Shown here piece by piece: positions 59,500 through 64,000 of a DNA stretch of 64,000 bases. The stretch comes from Desulfatiglandales bacterium. GTDB lineage: Bacteria > Desulfobacterota > DSM-4660 > Desulfatiglandales > Desulfatiglandaceae. The DNA is taken from positions 1,376,001 to 1,440,000 of the forward strand of contig OY762721.1 in NCBI GenBank assembly GCA_963666345.1. Direction: 5' to 3'. The stretch's first letter is position 1. Each line of letters begins with the position of its first letter. The notes beneath the pieces were generated by a model. It was given only the letters and a program-made list of their open reading frames with translations, was not told where the DNA came from and ran no database searches. A program made the position numbers and the translations under genes.

Positions 59500-59642
59500 C
59501 TCAGGGCACATGCAGAGTGGTTCCCAGGTGTCCGGGAGTCAGGTTGAATGAAGCTCGCTAGGGACGCAGTTTTGGCCCATGGCATCTTGCAACAGAATTT
59601 TATCCATGAGGTGATTCCATTAAGTAGGGGGTCCTTAAAGAT

Positions 59643-61040
59643 ATGGATATTCAACTCGTACTTCCAAAACATGATGCTGGCGAAGGTGTGACAACGCAGG
59701 CATGTTTCCCTCCTCTGGGGATTCTGTCCATCGCCTCCCACTTGCGTGCCCTTTATCCGACGTTTGACATTGAGGTGATTGATTGTGAGCTTGTGAATGG
59801 GGATATAGAAAATCTTATCGGGGCAGACATTGTGGGTATTCACAGCTCCTTTCTGACCCACGAGCATGCAATCGATATCGCTAAACATGCCAAGCAACGC
59901 GGGGCCACCGTTGTGTTAGGTGGACCACACCCTTCGGCCGTCCCTAACGCTATTCTCCGCAATAGGCGTTTTGTAGATGCTATAGTTGTTGGTGATGGGG
60001 AGTTGGCTTTCGCCGATCTAGCGGCCGGAGTTGACTATCTAAAAATTCCGAATCTCGTCTTCAGAGAAGGAGAGAATATTGTCCAAAATCCGGTGCTCGA
60101 ACTTTCTGTTGACGAGTGGGTACCAATTGACTTTTCTTTTGTGGATCTTACCGCATATTGGCGGAACTGGGAGCAGAATTTTCCCGAGCAGATCTACTTT
60201 AAGCCACTTCCTTTTTTCTCCCAGCGAGGCTGTCGATGGCGTTCTTCAGTAGGAGCTTGTGTGTTTTGCTCTATCTATGATGTTACTGTGAGAGGCGTGA
60301 CTCCCAGTTCGTTTTGGGCGGAAGTCCAAAGGCTAAACACGGAATGGGGGAGTGATTATGCCCGGGACAACTCCGACGATCGAGCTGCTGACCGCAAATG
60401 GTTATCGGAAGCATGCTCTATGCGTCCTAGAGGCCTAGATGTCGGACTCCGGTTTTATTGTCGTGCGAGTTCGATAGACGCAGAGACGACCCAGATGCTT
60501 CGTGAGATGAACACCGTTGACGTCTTCGTGGGTTTCGAGTCGGGGGATACTCGCATACTCAGACAAGCAAACAAGGGGGGATCAAGGGAGGGTAACATTC
60601 GGGCGGCCAATTTGCTCCACGAAAACGGGATAAACGTTCTGGGCAGCTTCATCCTCGGTTTGCCGGGAGAAGACGATCAAAGCATACAAGCCACGGTTGA
60701 CCTAATCAGTGAAGTCAGGGCTCGGGCAGGCGTCAGGAGACCTAGTTGCACTATCATGATTCCCTTCCCAGGCTCACCAGCATTCGGGATGATGCTGACT
60801 CAACCCGATCTGAGAGAGAAGTACCAGAACAGAGATCTGATCAACTGTGAGGATCTCCGGCGAGACTGGGTGTGCAGGTTCACTCAGACTGACTATGAAG
60901 TGCTACTCAGCGTGGCTGACGATCTTTTCTGCTCGGGCATGGTAGGCTCAAGAATTGGGTTTGGCCCAGGCGTCAACAGAACAGAACCCGAGGACATAGA
61001 GGCTAATCCTTCCGGTTTAGGACCGGACGCTGATGGTTAA
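59643..61040 (+). CDS. B12-binding radical SAM protein
   Basis: PPLGILSIAS, GGPHPS, GDGE, RGCRWRSSVGACVFC (CX8CX2C), GFESG, FILGLPGE, PFPGS. Confidence 0.88.
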   Translation: MDIQLVLPKHDAGEGVTTQACFPPLGILSIASHLRALYPTFDIEVIDCELVNGDIENLIGADIVGIHSSFLTHEHAIDIAKHAKQRGATVVLGGPHPSAVPNAILRNRRFVDAIVVGDGELAFADLAAGVDYLKIPNLVFREGENIVQNPVLELSVDEWVPIDFSFVDLTAYWRNWEQNFPEQIYFKPLPFFSQRGCRWRSSVGACVFCSIYDVTVRGVTPSSFWAEVQRLNTEWGSDYARDNSDDRAADRKWLSEACSMRPRGLDVGLRFYCRASSIDAETTQMLREMNTVDVFVGFESGDTRILRQANKGGSREGNIRAANLLHENGINVLGSFILGLPGEDDQSIQATVDLISEVRARAGVRRPSCTIMIPFPGSPAFGMMLTQPDLREKYQNRDLINCEDLRRDWVCRFTQTDYEVLLSVADDLFCSGMVGSRIGFGPGVNRTEPEDIEANPSGLGPDADG

Positions 61041-61548
61041 GCTCTTGGTGCCGTACGCACTATCTACCCAAATGGTAGTTGTCGGGAATGATTCCGCAGA
61101 CATGGTTTGTTTGTGCCTGTTTTCTAGCCTTGGGTATGGTATCGACTCAGTTACGCCTCAACTGGAACCAAGGAACGCACCGGAAACATCTAATTTGGTT
61201 AGTTCCAAAATTATCGGCAAAATTATAAAACCATAAGCATAAACCGACTAACGTTGTAATTTATTAAAGTGATTTATTAAATAGTTTTATAATTTCTATT
61301 TTTTTGATAGCCTTAATAACAATCAAATTTGGTATTTCAAAGTTAATATTTCGATGCGTATCCCTGAGGGTAGCCAAAAGCAATAAATTATCCTATCCAC
61401 AAATGCTGAGCGGCTTGAAAAATCCAACAATACCAAACCTAATCATAACAGGTACGAGTTCATTTTATGACCTATTAACGGGGTAACCCTAGAGGTTGCT
61501 GCTGGATATCACAGCTGTGAACTATCTGTGGTAAAAAAGAAATGCCGC

Positions 61549-61650
61549 AACAATATCCATACCTTTCTTGTAACGAAAAATCCTGAAAAATTTTCACACG
61601 GATAAGTAATTGAGGGGGGGCCGGAACTCAAGTCTCCGGTTTTTTATTTT
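61549..61650 (+). repeat. Poly-G-containing repeat, copy 3
   Basis: Close match to 50840-50935. Confidence 0.85.
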
Positions 61651-62543
61651 TGGCATTTTCCTGCAGGCCTTGCATTTGTCTTCGCACCAAGTGCCGGCCT
61701 TAATCATGATTTGCTTCCGGCTCCAGGTTGGATATCAAAACCGGTACTGATCCCGTACCCTCTTCCGAATTGATATCCGCCGTAACCGCCCCTCACCGCC
61801 TGTAATCGGAGGCGAGAAAGACCTTAAAAGTTTACATAATGGTCTTTATCATGCATTTGCGGATCTCGACATAACCATGATCAGCCGATATTTTGAGCAT
61901 CCTGGAGGTGCCCCAGCCCCGAAAACTGTTTTTTTGGCGCTGGCGTCCAAAACCCGTTTATCGGGATTTCCGGCCGTAACCGCCTATAAACGGCCGAGAT
62001 CCGGATCACAGCAAGAGACCGAATCAGATAAATGCAGGAAGGCCTCAAAAATGGCCGAGATCATCGATATGAGCAAGATCGTGACGCTTCATACACAACC
62101 TTGAACAAATCCCCACACAGCCCCTTTTTCAACCGACACAGCCTTTAGGCACACCTGACCCAGCGTCTCCAAAAGAATAGAACCTCGGTAAAAGATGCAG
62201 TTTTTTCGTGCCTCGGTTCCGAGATCCGAGGGTGAGCTTGTATTTTGACCGCTCATCCTTGGTGTTCCACCCTCTTTATACCGAATTTCAACTGAATTTT
62301 GTGCAAAATCCATCAAAAAGCACCGACAAATTAATAATATCAGGCAGTTATCAAAAGCGCCTCATCCGCCGCCCGCGCCCCCCCGCGTATTTCAAGAGAT
62401 CCTGGTCATTTGATATCGATCCTTAATGCCTTTTGACGCGCCGAGATCCAGGAATTCCGCATTCTCCACACGCATATCATCATTTATCGCATTAACACAG
62501 CCCGACACAGCTCCGGCCGCCTGGCCAGGTGCCCCCTTTCTTT

Positions 62544-62775
62544 AGTGACAAAGTGACACTTTTTTTAAAAACTCTTTTATCTTTTCTCATCCTCTTCTAT
62601 TTTCACCTCTTTTACTGTATGCGCGATGGATATATACATATAAAAAAACCTTTGAGAAAAAGTGTCACTTTTGTCACTTTGCCATGTATCATATTAACTT
62701 TCCTCAGTTTAAAAAGTGACACTTCACCAAACCGTAGAGCCTTGAAACTGTCACTTAATGAGAAGTATTGTCACT
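62544..62775. other. Putative replication origin: seven AGTGACA/TGTCACT iterons in an AT-rich tract
   Basis: Copies at 62544, 62552 and 62715 (+) and 62663, 62672, 62749 and 62769 (-), just downstream of the primase gene. Confidence 0.75.
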
Positions 62776-62872
62776 CCTCTGTTCTTTTTTTGGGAAATGC
62801 AAAGGGGGAGGCGGGGCAGACGAAAACACAACACTCCCTTTCATTACCTTTTTTAAAGAATAGGCCGTTTTT

Positions 62873-64000
62873 TTATTCGTCTGGATATACCTTCAGGTTG
62901 ATACCTTTAAAAATCCGTTTTCCATTGGTAGTTCTCACCCGGCCAACCGCAGGAAACGACCTCATGATCTGATTATAGAACCTGTTACGGCTCATAATGC
63001 TATACTGACCCTCTTTGCACCAGTCCTGATATGACTTCCACATCTCTTTAGGAGCGACTTGCTCATCCTCCCCTAGATCGCAGCACTCCTGAATAAACTG
63101 CTGGAAAGGGTACATGGCCAGGATCAATCTCTTTTTAGCCTTGTTCACCTCTTCCAGCTCCTCAAAGCCGTCATTTTCCAGCAGCTTCATCAGCCCGTCC
63201 AGGGCCCACATAAAAACGCCGTCAAGCTCATTTTCTATGATCTTCTTTGCCAGGGTATGGTCCTGCTCATCCTCTGCGAACTGTCTCAGAAACTCTATGA
63301 CAATAAGCCTGCGGGCAAAACCGTGGCTTTTGTCCAGCACCACAGGCGGCTCGTTCAAGGAGAAAATGTTTTTGGCGAAATTCCGGAACATATAGGCGTC
63401 ACCGTACTTGCGCTCAGCACTCACCAGATCGCCGCTTACAAGCTTTTTAAAGGTAGAGGTACCCATGGCTTCCCTAGTCGTCTCAGCTGCCAGGTTGGCA
63501 AATTTATTCTCCATGGCATAGGTCCTGAATCTCTCTCCAAGCTCGTGCATACTAAGAGCACTCACGTTCTCCTCCCCCAGCATCCCAGTCAAAACATCGA
63601 TCACGACTGATTTACCATTAGCGCCGCCTCCTATCAGCCAGAGCGCCTTTGCGTACCTGCAGTCGGTCAAAAGGCAATACCCGAAAAACTGCTGAAGCAC
63701 ATCGATTTTTCCTTTTTCGTTTCTGCCTGGGAATACCTCATCAAGAAATTTCAGCCATCTGTCGAGCTTTTTGAAATACTTCACTCCGAAGATACATGGT
63801 ATTTGAGCCTTTGCTCCATATTTAGCGTCATGAGAGATGAGCGCATTTTTGCGATCCTCGGCATCCACATTCACCATGCCATTTTTGCAACATATCAGCT
63901 CAGGGTTACTGCCCCAGTCGTCAACGTGCCTTTCAACCAAGCCCTTCAGAGTGCTTATTGATGTCACTATCCAGCTCGGGGTCAGGTAATCGCCCAAGGC
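62873..64000 (-). CDS. P4-family phage/plasmid primase-helicase (D5-like SF3), 5' end outside window
   Basis: KNGMV, LQQFFGYCL, GGGANGKS, FKKLVSGD..AERKY, N.PP, GFARRL. Confidence 0.92.
   Translation of the reverse strand, partial: ALGDYLTPSWIVTSISTLKGLVERHVDDWGSNPELICCKNGMVNVDAEDRKNALISHDAKYGAKAQIPCIFGVKYFKKLDRWLKFLDEVFPGRNEKGKIDVLQQFFGYCLLTDCRYAKALWLIGGGANGKSVVIDVLTGMLGEENVSALSMHELGERFRTYAMENKFANLAAETTREAMGTSTFKKLVSGDLVSAERKYGDAYMFRNFAKNIFSLNEPPVVLDKSHGFARRLIVIEFLRQFAEDEQDHTLAKKIIENELDGVFMWALDGLMKLLENDGFEELEEVNKAKKRLILAMYPFQQFIQECCDLGEDEQVAPKEMWKSYQDWCKEGQYSIMSRNRFYNQIMRSFPAVGRVRTTNGKRIFKGINLKVYPDE

Larger units (their letters stand above)
34281..64000. mobile_element. Integrative, phage-satellite-like element/genomic island (right end outside window)
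   Basis: att plus integrase at the left; defence and metabolic cargo; DUF932, higA, iterons and P4-type primase at the right; no structural phage genes seen. Confidence 0.7.

Noticed and set aside
1..64000. CRISPR array or rRNA
   Set aside because: No regularly spaced repeat-spacer series and no rRNA-like sequence seen

Overview
Bacterial DNA, probably from an anaerobic Desulfobacterota/deltaproteobacterium (inferred from gene content only). Left end (1-2700): lipoate-protein ligase, a LipS2-type radical SAM gene, tRNA-Lys(TTT) and tRNA-Glu(TTC). 2700-9300: degraded island debris (epimerase, IS30 and IS630 remnants, EAL phosphodiesterase, att-like scars, P1B-ATPase). 9900-19300: activase/MarR/SufCB-like (SMS)/CooC/FmdE/DtxR cluster with repeated TTAAG-N3-CTTAA boxes. 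19400-33500: minus-strand iron/metal uptake region (feoAB, DUF4198, LbtU-like porin, binding protein, DUF2325). Three genes here carry a conserved, covarying hairpin overlapping an intrinsic terminator, a candidate undescribed attenuator or riboswitch. 33650-34280: breakpoint joining an amtB 3' remnant to an integrase remnant, plus a 65-bp inverted copy of the tRNA-Glu 3' end. From 34280 to the window end: an integrative element with a tyrosine integrase, a five-gene MADS/DptFGH-like methylation-linked defence operon lacking the kinase, two attC cassettes, an orphan higA, a divergent radical-SAM/sugar-kinase cluster bounded by poly-G repeats, an iteron array and a P4-type primase/helicase. No CRISPR array or rRNA was seen. 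All family assignments come from motif recognition, not database searches.
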